A stretch of DNA of 64,000 nt from an uncultured delta proteobacterium (GTDB taxonomy: Bacteria; Myxococcota_A; Polyangia; Haliangiales; Haliangiaceae). Positions 51,701 to 62,093 of the stretch are shown here, piece after piece. The position numbers and the translations under genes are program-made. Under the pieces are notes generated by a model. That model made no database searches. It was given only the letters and a program-made list of their open reading frames with translations, and was not told the origin of the DNA. The DNA lies in contig CAWKDB010000010.1 in assembly GCA_963848295.1 (NCBI GenBank), positions 2,304,001 to 2,368,000 of the forward strand. The letters are read 5' to 3'. The stretch's first letter is position 1; every line of letters starts with the position of its first letter.

Positions 51701-52832
51701 CGAGGCGCGCGCCGAGCAATCGCTGCGCGATCGCGACCTCGGCCGGTTCGTGATCGAGGTCAGCGCGTTCGACTGGGATCCACACGGCCTGCGCGCGCTA
51801 CCGGTCGACGCGCACGAGCTACCCGAGCTGCATTGGGAGCTGCGTTATCCCGATCCCGGCGATCCCGATTCGCCCGGCGCGCCGTTCGAGCCGCGCCACC
51901 TCGAAGAGCGCGTCGCGGTGCCGGGGTCGAGCCCGACCGCGGTCGCCGAGCGCGTCGAAGCGCGCGGCGGCCCGGCGTTCCTCGTCGTCACCGGCCGCGG
52001 CCGACGGGGCGAGACGTGCGCGCCGTCGATCGTGCCGCTGCATCAGCTTCCCGGTTACATGCAGCGCGAGCGGATCGAGCCGACGCTGCACGTTCGCATC
52101 CCGACCTGCGCCGCGTCGCACGCCGGCATGACCGCCATCCCGGCAGGCCCGTTCATCTTCCACGGCCGCGGCGAGCCGCCGATGAACCTAGACGCTTTTC
52201 CCGAGCTCGCGGTCGAACAGCGAGTGACGCTGCCGGCGTACGCGATCGATCGCACCGAGGTCTCGAATGCGGCGTTTCGCGTGTTCGGCGACCAGGTCGG
52301 CGTGACCGGCATCGCGACACCGCAGTACCCGATCGGAGAACCTTCGCTCGAGCATGCCGGAGAACCCGACCGACCCGCGGTCGCGACCACGTGGGCGGAG
52401 TCGCGCGCGTACTGCCGGTTCCTTGGCAAGCAGCTACCCACCGAGCAGCAGTGGCAACGAGCGCTCCGCGGCGGCGAGCGCTTGCCCGACGGCTCGCCGA
52501 ACCCGATCCCGAACCGCAATCTGCCATGGGGCACCGACGTGACACCGTTTCCCGGCAACATCGTGGTCGGCACCACCGTCGTTGGCTCGGCGGCGGTGGG
52601 TTCTCATCCCGGCGATCGCAGCCCCGAGGGCGTGCTCGACCTCGGCGGGAACGTCCGGGAATGGACCGACTCGCAGTCCACGTCTCAGAGCTTCAGGATC
52701 GTGATGGGCGGTGACTGGATGTACGCCACGACCGAGAATTATCACGACCTGGTGGACGTGCCGAGCGATAGCTCGGCGAGCCAGCGCCTGTTCAACATTG
52801 GCTTTCGCTGCGTCGCTGCGGTCGCGCGTTAG
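48741..52832 (+). CDS. Pseudo-caspase-like N-domain + Ser/Thr kinase + nSTAND NTPase + TM + FGE-sulfatase domain
   Basis: ARGAFG, HADVKPAN, DFG, APE; APSGTGKTS, LDQLE; IDRTEVSN, LPTEQQW, DLGGNVREW, GFRC. Confidence 0.88.
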   Translation: MAARRVEGTALLVAGHGAIDGNFDASAIHTLGKIGETLLATGAVWQIRRLSAVAGERYPADRPTLKQHLDELVTQPVRAAMIVVVGVIDELATGSALITGRNHRDYPDDATLSLAWIRERLERARAEQLIVVVSGRGAGPERWRDALATGRPNHLIAAAASDTGAPMIDALLAGLRGDALDHRTGTVTMKSLGDHLAGRLATAALQRADTSQTLAQSPPLAGLWDVRRSQLTATRRRGPQPSGELDDLTGTVLPGRFRVDGMIARGAFGTVYRARQLAVERDIAIKVLHADIDPGSDDGRLFVHEIRSVGRIDHPNVVRIYQADIAQDGRLFYAMELLDGRDLQQLVPSPKLAGDGPAPALEVDVDSPVPQDRAVELVRQLLAGLGAAHDAGLVHADVKPANAIVIGERLVLVDFGLARLRNPDRPAESAGGTPAFMAPEQLADGRVDARSDLFSAALVLVALLTGWRRKTAQEIVPPLDGVADPKLRAVLARALAIDPAQRYPTARELAAALIGTALASTDVAPPPVLPFRLFAPLTEADRERLHGREADIAELIEHVLYRRTVIYTAPSGTGKTSLLRAGLVPRLEALGVAVAYVRCRNAPVGAIAQAIVPGASSVAEAITHHTAQRGGKLVIVLDQLEAVLADDAASERLEAELAFASWPAEADVALVLAIREDYLARLVARVQRLEPGTPVLRLRPLRPAGAREAIVAPIAEARLAIEPGLLETLLADLQGAAAALAPELGWGSEPAVYPPHLQLACSVLYEALDPDDTTLTLAHYRALGGFDAIVGEHLERVLDVELAGGRDAIARDVLIELVTTSHERAMRPEAELLDSVGGKHSVAEVADVLELLGARGLIVRIRGESSEPAWELVHDSLVPRVLAWLDSRDLARRRAIELVRYHVRRSRSDNPSLLGRRELRELRGHAVAIAEIDAQWRAQHDDRWSPATLVAHSRSVLRRRTGSIVGVVAAAFAVAGVGLYEVRAKEAEARAEQSLRDRDLGRFVIEVSAFDWDPHGLRALPVDAHELPELHWELRYPDPGDPDSPGAPFEPRHLEERVAVPGSSPTAVAERVEARGGPAFLVVTGRGRRGETCAPSIVPLHQLPGYMQRERIEPTLHVRIPTCAASHAGMTAIPAGPFIFHGRGEPPMNLDAFPELAVEQRVTLPAYAIDRTEVSNAAFRVFGDQVGVTGIATPQYPIGEPSLEHAGEPDRPAVATTWAESRAYCRFLGKQLPTEQQWQRALRGGERLPDGSPNPIPNRNLPWGTDVTPFPGNIVVGTTVVGSAAVGSHPGDRSPEGVLDLGGNVREWTDSQSTSQSFRIVMGGDWMYATTENYHDLVDVPSDSSASQRLFNIGFRCVAAVAR

Positions 52833-53725
52833 TTCGCGCGGGGTAACGGCGAGAGTCTTGCGATGAGCGCGCGTACCTCGCCCGGCTCGGTCGTTGCGAA
52901 ACACACGCCGGCCGCGCGCTCGCTCGGGAACACGCGCAGCATGGCGCCGTCGAGCAGGATCTGTGCGCGCCAGTAGCGTCCGGCGTCGATCGCCGGCATC
53001 GCGAGCTCGCACATCGGCGTCGCGAGTAGGCCCGGCATTTCGCCACCGGCGTTGCGATCGACTAGTCGCAGCAGCTCGCAAGCCTGGTCGAGCGAAGCGA
53101 CTGCGCGTGGCCAGGCGACCGCAGGAAGTGCAGCGAGCAACGACGTCGGCAGCGACTCGACATCGAGCAAGCGCGGCCATGGCTCGCCGCGGACAACGGG
53201 TGTGATCGTTTCACCTTGCTCGCGCAGCTCGGCCGCGGACACGAGCAGGTACTCGTGCTCGGTCGCGAACCCGCGCTCGTCGTAGTGCGCGGCATAGGTC
53301 ATCGTCCGCGTGCCGAGCACGTCGAGCCCGGTGATGTCGGCGAGCGCGAGCAACGTCGACCGCGCAGACTTCGTCCGAGCAGTCTCGCAGCCGAGCAGTC
53401 GGATCGCAGTGATGCCGAGCCGGCGAAACACGTCTTGATCCGCGAGCCCACGAAAGAACGCGGCGACGCTCGGTTGAGCCGCGTCGATCGTCCAGTCCCC
53501 GAGCTCGAGCTGTGCATCGCGCGCACCCGAGTGCCCGATCAGATCGAGCGTCGTAGGCGGTGGTACGTCGCACGCCGTGCTCAACAGCGTGCCGAGCAGC
53601 TCCTCGAGATCGCTGCGGCCATCGACGCGATGGACGTGATCGATGCGATTCTGGATCTGCAACAGCGACTGTTCGGAGTTGCGGGTGATGATCGAAACGT
53701 GGTGGTTGGGGCTTGATTCGCGCAT
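52829..53725 (-). CDS. Hypothetical protein with putative clan-CD His/Cys dyad (DUF4347/C80-like)
   Basis: TLDLIGHSG ... IRLLGCETA motifs. Confidence 0.65.
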   Translation of the reverse strand: MRESSPNHHVSIITRNSEQSLLQIQNRIDHVHRVDGRSDLEELLGTLLSTACDVPPPTTLDLIGHSGARDAQLELGDWTIDAAQPSVAAFFRGLADQDVFRRLGITAIRLLGCETARTKSARSTLLALADITGLDVLGTRTMTYAAHYDERGFATEHEYLLVSAAELREQGETITPVVRGEPWPRLLDVESLPTSLLAALPAVAWPRAVASLDQACELLRLVDRNAGGEMPGLLATPMCELAMPAIDAGRYWRAQILLDGAMLRVFPSERAAGVCFATTEPGEVRALIARLSPLPRAN

Positions 53726-54411
53726 TACAGGACCTCTTCGCGTGCGAAATAGTCAGCATGCCCAGACGCCGGTGGTCTCTTCGGCCCCGCCAGCACCAAC
53801 AGCCCGATCGTTTGAACGTCGAGAAACAGCGCGCCCTTGTCGCCGGTGCTCGCGACCGTCGTGAAGCCGTTCGCGACCGGGTCGGCGACGGCGCCGAGAT
53901 CGAGCCACCAGGTGCCGGCCGGCACCTGGCCCGGCACGAGCGACGTGCCCGCGTTCCACACCGACACCAACCGCAGCGAGCCTTGCGCACCGGAGATCTC
54001 AGCGTAGAACCCGGCGAACCGACGGTCCGCATCCCAGTCGAGCACCGAGGTCAGCTCGAAGTCACGACATTGGTCTTGCGGCGTCAACCGCGGCGGCTGC
54101 GCGATGCCGCGCGCCGGCAGGTTCGTCCAGTAGCCCTGCTCGAGCCAGCACGCGCCGATCATCGTGCCGCCCGGGAACACCGGTCCGATCTTCGTGAGCC
54201 CGCCGTTGACCGGCGAGTCGTCGACCTGGATCGCGGCCTGCGTGATCGTCCCGTTGCGCACGCCCTGCGGGCACAGCGCGAGATCGACCGGCACTTGCTG
54301 CGCCGGCGCGAACCCGAGCGTGCCAGGATCGGCCGGCCACCAGGAGCACGCGGTCGCGCTCGAGAACGATCCTACATATGCGCCGAAACCAAAGAAGACG
54401 GAGCGGGTCAT
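53725..54411 (-). CDS. Hypothetical beta-rich protein
   Basis: Start and stop overlap both neighbours; normal GC3. Confidence 0.7.
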   Translation of the reverse strand: MTRSVFFGFGAYVGSFSSATACSWWPADPGTLGFAPAQQVPVDLALCPQGVRNGTITQAAIQVDDSPVNGGLTKIGPVFPGGTMIGACWLEQGYWTNLPARGIAQPPRLTPQDQCRDFELTSVLDWDADRRFAGFYAEISGAQGSLRLVSVWNAGTSLVPGQVPAGTWWLDLGAVADPVANGFTTVASTGDKGALFLDVQTIGLLVLAGPKRPPASGHADYFAREEVL

Positions 54412-55952
54412 GATCCTCCAGGAGTTGGTGAGCCTTTGCGACCGCCACCAACCCCGTGGTCATCCGTGCGCCTGATCTCGAGGTCGTTGATCAAGTTGTA
54501 GACATGCGAGCGCGCGAGATCGAGCTCGCGCGCGGTCTCGGACACGTTCCAGTCGTTCGACTCGAGCGCCTGCAGCAAGTGCCTGCGCTGGAACTGCCGA
54601 GTCGCGTCTTGCAGAGTGACCGCGTCGTTCGCGTTGCTCGCCGCCTTCGGGAAGATGTGAAAGTCGTGCAGCGTCGAGGCGTGCTCGCCGTTCGCGCGGA
54701 TCGCCGCCGCTTCGACCGCGTGGGCGAGCTGGCGCATATGACCGGGCCACGGCGCTTCGCGACATGCGGCGCGCGCTCCCCGTGACACGGTCAGCGGCGT
54801 CAACTTGTGGCGCTCGCACGCCTCGGCGCAGAAGTGCTCGACGAGCGAAGGGATGTCTTCGCGCCGCTGATCGAGCCCCGGCACCTCGACCGGCACGACA
54901 TGCATCCGGTAGTAGAGGTCTTCGCGAAACTGCTTCGCCGCGACGCGCGCTTCGAGGTTCGCGTTCGTCGCGCTGATGATCCGCACGTTCGCGCGCAGCG
55001 CCGAGGCGCTGCCGAGCGGGTGGTACTCGCGCGTCGCGAGCAGCTGGAGCAACTTCGCCTGCGCGCCGGCTGACAGCTCGGCGATCTCGTCGAGGAACAG
55101 CGTGCCGCCTTCGGCCGCCGCGACCTTGCCGGTGACCTTGCGGGTCGCGGTCGAGTGCGCGCCGCGTTCGGCGCCGAACAATTCGCTCTCGATCAGCGTC
55201 TCCGGGATCGCCGCGCAGTTGAGCTCGACGAACGGTGCGTTCGCCCGCGGACTGTTGCTTGCGATCGCTCTGGCCAACATCGATTTGCCACTTCCAGACG
55301 GGCCCGTGATCAACACGTTCACGTCCAGCGGAGCGACGTGTGATGCCGTTTGCAGGAGTTGCGCCAACGCGCGCGACCGCCCGATCATCTCCTCGCAACG
55401 CATGCGACTCCGGACCTCGCGCGTGAAGTCGTAGCGCTCGGGATCGGACGTCCTCACGAGCCGGTCGGCGAGCGGCGCGAGCTGGCGCGCGAACAGCTCG
55501 GCGCGCTCGGCATCGGTCGCGCTGAACGGCCCCGGCTTCGCGCGGGCCTGTAAGTAGATGACGCCGATCGGCGGGACACCTACCGGCGCACACAGCACCG
55601 CCTGGATCTCGTGCTGGCGCACGCTGCCGAGATCCGCGAACCGCTCGTCGAGTTGCGCCGATGGCGTCTCGATCGTTCTCCCCTCGGAGATCGCGCGCTG
55701 GATGATGCCGCGCGAGATCGACGCCCGGATCGTCTCGCGATCGCGATCCGAGCAGTGAAAGCCCTTCCAGTAGCGCGGCTGGGTCGAGTCGTCATCGTAG
55801 AGCTCGAGGTATCCAGTCCGCGCACCCGTGACATCGGCGATCAGCGCGAGCGCCTGATCGAGCAACGGATCGATCTCGCGCTGCCCGCCGAGGTCGAGCA
55901 ACTGGCGATAGAAGTCGCGCTCGCTCGTCAGATCATCTTCGCGTGACGACAT
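54408..55952 (-). CDS. GAF + sigma-54-type AAA+ + Fis HTH activator (GAFTGA replaced by GAHSTA)
   Basis: GPSGSGKS, ESELFGAERGAHSTA, FLDEIAE, WPGHMRQL, WNVSETARELDL. Confidence 0.9.
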   Translation of the reverse strand: MSSREDDLTSERDFYRQLLDLGGQREIDPLLDQALALIADVTGARTGYLELYDDDSTQPRYWKGFHCSDRDRETIRASISRGIIQRAISEGRTIETPSAQLDERFADLGSVRQHEIQAVLCAPVGVPPIGVIYLQARAKPGPFSATDAERAELFARQLAPLADRLVRTSDPERYDFTREVRSRMRCEEMIGRSRALAQLLQTASHVAPLDVNVLITGPSGSGKSMLARAIASNSPRANAPFVELNCAAIPETLIESELFGAERGAHSTATRKVTGKVAAAEGGTLFLDEIAELSAGAQAKLLQLLATREYHPLGSASALRANVRIISATNANLEARVAAKQFREDLYYRMHVVPVEVPGLDQRREDIPSLVEHFCAEACERHKLTPLTVSRGARAACREAPWPGHMRQLAHAVEAAAIRANGEHASTLHDFHIFPKAASNANDAVTLQDATRQFQRRHLLQALESNDWNVSETARELDLARSHVYNLINDLEIRRTDDHGVGGGRKGSPTPGGS

Positions 55953-56043
55953 TTGCCGGCACGATAGACAATCTGCGCGACCTCACCAAGCAACACACGC
56001 TGGCCACACCCGACAACGCGCCTCGCCTCCGCCGCACCGCGAT

Positions 56044-56094
56044 TGTCCACTCGAGTGGACACTTCGATGTGCGACTCGTCCTGTAAATTGGACA
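56044..56094. promoter_or_regulatory. Paired GTCC-N8-GGACA palindromes, 33 bp apart
   Basis: Perfect TGTCCACTCGAGTGGACA 56044-56061; GTCCTGTAAATTGGACA 56078-56094. Confidence 0.65.
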
Positions 56095-56136
56095 CTTTGG
56101 TGGCCTAAAACGGGACAGCTGGCGCCGTAGGCCCGG

Positions 56137-56433
56137 TCACGGCCACGTTTTCCGGGCGGTGATCTTGCGACTGCGCTTCGGCGCTTCGAACGTCTTTCCG
56201 GCTGGAGCTGCCGCCAACCACTCGAACCAGCCGTCGGGCCAGAGTCGGTGGCGCGTCTGCCTCGGATGCTCGAGCAGCCCGACGATGTACGCGCTCTGCC
56301 GCGGAACCGGCTGCTCGTCGCGTTCCCATCGCGACACGGTCTCCGGTCTTACATCGAGCAAGGCCGCGAGCTCGACAGCGCGGAGCCCTGCGGCCTTTCG
56401 CACGAACTTGAGCTCGCGGCCGGTGCGAATCCC
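56137..56433 (-). pseudogene. Xre/MqsA-like HTH antitoxin remnant
   Basis: GIRTGRELKFVRKAAGLRAVELAALLDVRPETVSRWE, preceded by an in-frame TGA; no N-terminal domain or toxin. Confidence 0.6.
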
Positions 56434-56454
56434 TCAGGTCCGGCTAAGGCCCGG

Positions 56455-57499
<1,045 letters not shown>

Positions 57500-57637
57500 G
57501 CAAACCTCCGCAGTCGGCCATTCCACGACGCGTGCCGCTCGCAACCGCGCGGAACCTCTACGCGGGCGTGTCCGGTTCGGCCGAATCTGTCCGGCCGCCG
57601 GACGAACCCGGACGGCCAAGTCGTCTACCATCGCGCC

Positions 57638-58072
57638 GTGACCGATCCGATCGAGCAATTCCAAGCGCAGCTGACGACGCTACGCACGTCGGACATCGCC
57701 CCGCAGACGTGGACGCTGGCCCAGGCGATCGCGCACTGCGCGCAATCGGTCGAGTGCTCGCTCGCCGGCTACCCGAAGCTGCGCTCGGGGCTGTTCCGCG
57801 CGACGATCGGTCCGCTGGTCAAGCGCAAGTTCCTTCGCGCCGGTCGGATGAGCCACGACGTGACTGCCGCGATCGCCGGCGGCACCGCGATTCCCGCGAC
57901 GGTCGCGCTGCCCGACGCGTGCGATCGAGCCAGCGCCGCGCTCGCCGCGTTCGTCGCGTTCGACGGCGAGCTCGCGCCGCACCTCGCGTACGGCCGGTGC
58001 ACGAAGCCGGAGTACGCGGAGCTGCACTGGCTGCACTTCGCCGATCACCTGCGGTCGTTCGGCCTGGCATGA
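57638..58072 (+). CDS. DUF1569 (DinB-like) protein
   Basis: [28 protein letters not shown]. Confidence 0.78.
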   Translation: MTDPIEQFQAQLTTLRTSDIAPQTWTLAQAIAHCAQSVECSLAGYPKLRSGLFRATIGPLVKRKFLRAGRMSHDVTAAIAGGTAIPATVALPDACDRASAALAAFVAFDGELAPHLAYGRCTKPEYAELHWLHFADHLRSFGLA

Positions 58073-58782
58073 TCGGCATCATCGGCGCGATGGCCGAGGA
58101 GCTCGCCGCGGTCACCGAGCTGGTCGATGCACACGAGGTCGTCGAGCTCGGCGGCCGGCGCTACCACCGCGGGCGCGATGCGGTGTGCGTCGTCAGCCGG
58201 ATCGGCAAGGTCGCCGCCGCGATGACGACCGCGATCCTGATCGAGCGGTTCGCGCCGCGCGCGATCGTGATGACCGGCGTCGCCGGCGCGGTCGATCCGC
58301 GGCTCGCGATCGGAGACGTCGTCGTCGCCGATCGGCTGATCCACCACGACCTCGACGCGCGCCCGTTGTTTCCGCGCCACGAGATCCCGCTGCTCGGCAC
58401 CGCGACGCTGCCGACCGATCGCGCGCTCTCCGATCGGCTCGCCGACGCGGTCGCGACGATCGCGCCGCCGTCGTGGTTGCCCGCGCCGCGATCGTGGCGT
58501 GGCCTCGTCGCGAGCGGCGATCAATTCTTCGCGTCTCCCGACGCCACCGCCGCGCTGCGCGCGCGATTGCCCGAGGCGCTCGCGGTCGAGATGGAGGGCG
58601 CCGCGGTCGCGCAGGTCTGCTACGAGCACGGCGTGCCGTTCGCGATCGCGCGCGTGATCAGCGACACCGCGAACCACGCCGCAGCGGTCGACTTCAAGCG
58701 GTTCCTCACCGACGCCTGCGGTCCGTACGCGCGCGCGCTCGTCGCGGCGGTGCTTACTTCGTCGCCACGAACGTCGGCGTGA
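58069..58782 (+). CDS. mtnN: MTA/SAH nucleosidase
   Basis: [39 protein letters not shown]. Confidence 0.92.
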   Translation: MIGIIGAMAEELAAVTELVDAHEVVELGGRRYHRGRDAVCVVSRIGKVAAAMTTAILIERFAPRAIVMTGVAGAVDPRLAIGDVVVADRLIHHDLDARPLFPRHEIPLLGTATLPTDRALSDRLADAVATIAPPSWLPAPRSWRGLVASGDQFFASPDATAALRARLPEALAVEMEGAAVAQVCYEHGVPFAIARVISDTANHAAAVDFKRFLTDACGPYARALVAAVLTSSPRTSA

Positions 58783-60274
58783 ACGCGACGCCGGCCTCGA
58801 ACGGATAGTCGACCGTGCGGTAGTCGCCCGTCGTGTGCGCCAACGGATAGCCGCGCCGGCACTGGATGCGGAACACGTACGACGTCGCGTTCGTGAACTG
58901 GGTGGTGTCGACGACGATCGACGCCGGGAAGTCGAGCACCTGATAGCGCCGCATCGGGGTCAGCGTCCCGCCCGCGTTTTTCATGAGGGTCGCGACGCAG
59001 TCATCGGTGCGCGCGGTCGAGATGTTGCTCGTGTCGTCGAGCTTGAAGGCCAGGGTGATCGTCGGATCGCTCACCGGCACCATGCCGCCATCGAAGAACT
59101 GAGCGCCGTCGATCGTCGGCTGCACCGCGATCCCGACGTCGAATTGCAGCTTGGTCTCCACTCCCGGAACGGCGAGCGCCGCCTCTTCACACCCGCTGTA
59201 CTCCGCAACGCCGAGCTCGGTCTTGAGCAACGACACCGATCCGATCACCGCGGTCGGCAGCCGCACCGGCGCGCTAGCGAACGGGTTGACGAACGTGACC
59301 GACGAGTCTTGGCTCGTCAGGTGGGCGAGCTCGATCGCGACCGACCCGTCTAGCGCGCCACTCGCCGACGGCTCGGTGAACGCCGGCATCGCCGCGCTCG
59401 CGAGCACGCCGAACGATCCGACGAGGTAGCCATTCCCCGGATCATTCTCGACGGCGTCGTTGTTCAAGCGCGTTTCCGTGCTGCTCGTCTGCGGATCCCA
59501 TATCAGCTCGGTCGACGGCGTGGTCTCCCAGGTCGACGCCGCCGTTGCCTTCCCGTTGGCTTGCAGCTGGGAGATCTGCTCCCACGCGAACCCGTTCGCC
59601 GGCAAGCCGGTGCCCATGTCGGAGCGACGGAGCAACAGCTCGTAGTCGCCGTCCGCGCTGGTCAGAGCGGCGAGCGGGCCGCCCATCGGCGTCGCTTGAG
59701 TCGAGTACGACCAGTCGTCGGTTCCCGCCAACGTGTAGTCCCCCGGGCCGGACGCCCAGCCGCCGGTGCTGTACTCATACGCGTAACTGCCTAGGGTCGT
59801 CGGTGCGCCCGCTGGAGCGAAGTGGACGACGGCGTTCGCCGGGACCGTGCCGCGGTCGACCGGTCCCCACAGCGGCACCGTGAGGTGCGCGGCGCTGCGC
59901 GACCACTGGATCTCGGTCGGGATGTCTCCCGGCACCTGGTAGACGATGCGATACGGCTGACCCGCGAGCGAGAACGGGACCTGGAACGAGCCGTCGCCGG
60001 CGTACGTCACCGGGGTCAACGCACCGGTCAGCGCACCGATCTCGATCGTCGGCGCGGGGGTGATCGCGGCGTCCTGCGAGACGATGTCGTTCAGCGCCGA
60101 GCCGCCGGGCGTGACGAGCTGGAGCTGGGTCAGGAACAGCGTGCCGAGCGGGACGTCCGGGTTCGGCGCGCCGTCGGTGCCAGGCGGAGCATCCGCGAGC
60201 TTGGTGCCGTTGATCCCGAAGATCTGGTCACAGCCGCAGGTGCTCGCGAGTGCGGCTACGAGCATCAGCCTCAT
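58754..60274 (-). CDS. Hypothetical lipoprotein
   Basis: CGCDQIFGI lipobox typical of myxobacterial lipoproteins; beta-rich body. Confidence 0.78.
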   Translation of the reverse strand: MRLMLVAALASTCGCDQIFGINGTKLADAPPGTDGAPNPDVPLGTLFLTQLQLVTPGGSALNDIVSQDAAITPAPTIEIGALTGALTPVTYAGDGSFQVPFSLAGQPYRIVYQVPGDIPTEIQWSRSAAHLTVPLWGPVDRGTVPANAVVHFAPAGAPTTLGSYAYEYSTGGWASGPGDYTLAGTDDWSYSTQATPMGGPLAALTSADGDYELLLRRSDMGTGLPANGFAWEQISQLQANGKATAASTWETTPSTELIWDPQTSSTETRLNNDAVENDPGNGYLVGSFGVLASAAMPAFTEPSASGALDGSVAIELAHLTSQDSSVTFVNPFASAPVRLPTAVIGSVSLLKTELGVAEYSGCEEAALAVPGVETKLQFDVGIAVQPTIDGAQFFDGGMVPVSDPTITLAFKLDDTSNISTARTDDCVATLMKNAGGTLTPMRRYQVLDFPASIVVDTTQFTNATSYVFRIQCRRGYPLAHTTGDYRTVDYPFEAGVAFTPTFVATK

Positions 60275-60299
60275 CTCGGTGATCCTCGCACGGGCCGAG

Positions 60300-60665
60300 T
60301 CACTTTCGCCATTCCGCAGCGAGGGCGCAACCCGGCATGCCGAGCCTCCTGGCCTCGCCGTCGAGCGCATCCGCCTTCGCGGTGCCGACCAGCGGCTGGA
60401 TCTTGACGAGGAAGTCGTGCGACTCGGGCGTCTTCAGGTGTGGCCCGAGCCACATCGCGATCATCGCGGCGCGGGCATTCGGCTCTTGCTGGTCCGCGCC
60501 CGACAGCTTCAGGACATCGCACAAGGCGGCGATGTCGTCGCGATAGCCCTGCGTCGTCGGCTGCGCACCGCTGCCGCTGCCCGGACCACCGCTGCCGCTG
60601 CCGCTGCCGCTGGTTCCGCGCTGGCAGGCCGCGGCGACCACGAGGAGGCACGCGAGGCGAGTCAT
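60300..60665 (-). CDS. Small lipoprotein
   Basis: VAAAC lipobox, GS linker, C...C helical domain. Confidence 0.75.
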   Translation of the reverse strand: MTRLACLLVVAAACQRGTSGSGSGSGGPGSGSGAQPTTQGYRDDIAALCDVLKLSGADQQEPNARAAMIAMWLGPHLKTPESHDFLVKIQPLVGTAKADALDGEARRLGMPGCALAAEWRK

Positions 60666-60741
60666 GGCGAACACTCTGCACCCTCGCGATCGTTGCGTCC
60701 ATGCCTTCCGGGCGCGACGAAGATATGGCTAGATTTGGGCC

Positions 60742-61152
60742 ATGGCATACGTCGTTGCTGACCCGTGCGTGAAGTGCAAGTACACCGACTGCGTCGCGGT
60801 GTGCCCGGTCGATTGTTTCTACGAAGGTAAGAACTCGCTCGCGATCAACCCCGACGAATGCATCGACTGCGGAGCGTGCGAGCCCGAGTGCCCGACCACC
60901 GCGATCTTCGAGGAGAGCGAGCTGCCGGCGAAGTGGAATGTCTACAAAGACATCAACGCGCTCGTGTCCGGCGCGAAGAAGCCAGCCGACGTCGATAGCG
61001 CATCGTGGCCCGATCACCTCAAGAGCGCGGCCGCGACGGCCGAGACCTGGCCGAACATCACCGAACAAAAGCCGGCGCTGCCGGGTGCCGATGACGCGGC
61101 CAAAGAAGACAGCAAGATCGCCGCCCTCACGCTCGAGGGTGGCTCGAAGTAG
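60742..61152 (+). CDS. fdxA: FdxA-type dicluster ferredoxin
   Basis: [36 protein letters not shown]. Confidence 0.9.
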   Translation: MAYVVADPCVKCKYTDCVAVCPVDCFYEGKNSLAINPDECIDCGACEPECPTTAIFEESELPAKWNVYKDINALVSGAKKPADVDSASWPDHLKSAAATAETWPNITEQKPALPGADDAAKEDSKIAALTLEGGSK

Positions 61153-61163
61153 TCACGGTCGCT

Positions 61164-62093
61164 TCACTGCTTGCGAAATCGAGCGGTCTCGCCGGCGTTC
61201 TCGCCGTGCGCGACGAGCACCGAGCACGGCGCGTGGCGAATCGTGCTCTCGGCGACGCTGCCGAGCAGCAGCCGGCGAAACCCGCTGTGGCCGTGCGTGC
61301 CGACGGCGATCAGATCGTGACCGCCCTGCTCCGCCGCGTGAGTGATCACCGACGGTGCCGGCCCTTGCACGAGCTCGACGTGCAACGGGTGACCAAGGTT
61401 GGCGTGGGCCGCGACGAGCTTGTCGGCTTGGCTCTTCGCCGAAGACAACACCGCGTCGCGCACCGTCGACCACGGGAACCGCGCCTGGCCGAGCAATGTC
61501 GCGCCCCACGAGCCGGCCGGCAGCTGCCACGCGTGGATGATCTCGATCGGGGCGCCGGCGTCCGCGAGCATCGCGGTATGGGTGAGCGCGCGCGTCGCGG
61601 CGGGCGAGAAGTCGGTCGCGACCAACGGCCGCTTGAATCCGGTCGCGCTGGTCGGGCCTCGGCAGACGAGCACGTCGCACGGCGCGAGCCGCAACGTCGC
61701 GGTCGCGACGCTGCCGAGCAGGAACCGCGAGATCCCCGTAGCGCCATGGGTGGCGACCACGAGCAACTCGGCGCGGCGGTCTTCGGCGACGGTCGCGAGC
61801 AGCTCGGCCGGAGGGCCGACGCGGCTGACCAGCTCGGTGTCGACGCCTCGCGCTTTGATCGCGACGAGCTGCTCGGCGAGCCGGCGAGCGGACTCCGCGT
61901 GCACCGCGGCCGAGACCTCCCCGAGCTGCTTCAGTAGGTCGTTCGAGGCGTTCTCGATCGGCTCGTCGGTCGACAGCGCATGAACCACGACGAGCTTCGC
62001 GCGATGCTGCAAGGCGAGCCCGACGGCGCGCTCGAGCGCCTGGTCGCTCATCGCCGAGAGATCCACGCCGACGATGATCGTGGTGAGCGCCAT
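61164..62093 (-). CDS. Tandem universal stress protein
   Basis: Two Usp domains (LLGSVA...APC). Confidence 0.92.
   Translation of the reverse strand: MALTTIIVGVDLSAMSDQALERAVGLALQHRAKLVVVHALSTDEPIENASNDLLKQLGEVSAAVHAESARRLAEQLVAIKARGVDTELVSRVGPPAELLATVAEDRRAELLVVATHGATGISRFLLGSVATATLRLAPCDVLVCRGPTSATGFKRPLVATDFSPAATRALTHTAMLADAGAPIEIIHAWQLPAGSWGATLLGQARFPWSTVRDAVLSSAKSQADKLVAAHANLGHPLHVELVQGPAPSVITHAAEQGGHDLIAVGTHGHSGFRRLLLGSVAESTIRHAPCSVLVAHGENAGETARFRKQ

Noticed and set aside
55981..56010. Sigma-54 -24/-12 promoter (TGGC...TTGC on minus strand)
   Set aside because: GG-to-GC spacing is 12 rather than the required 10.
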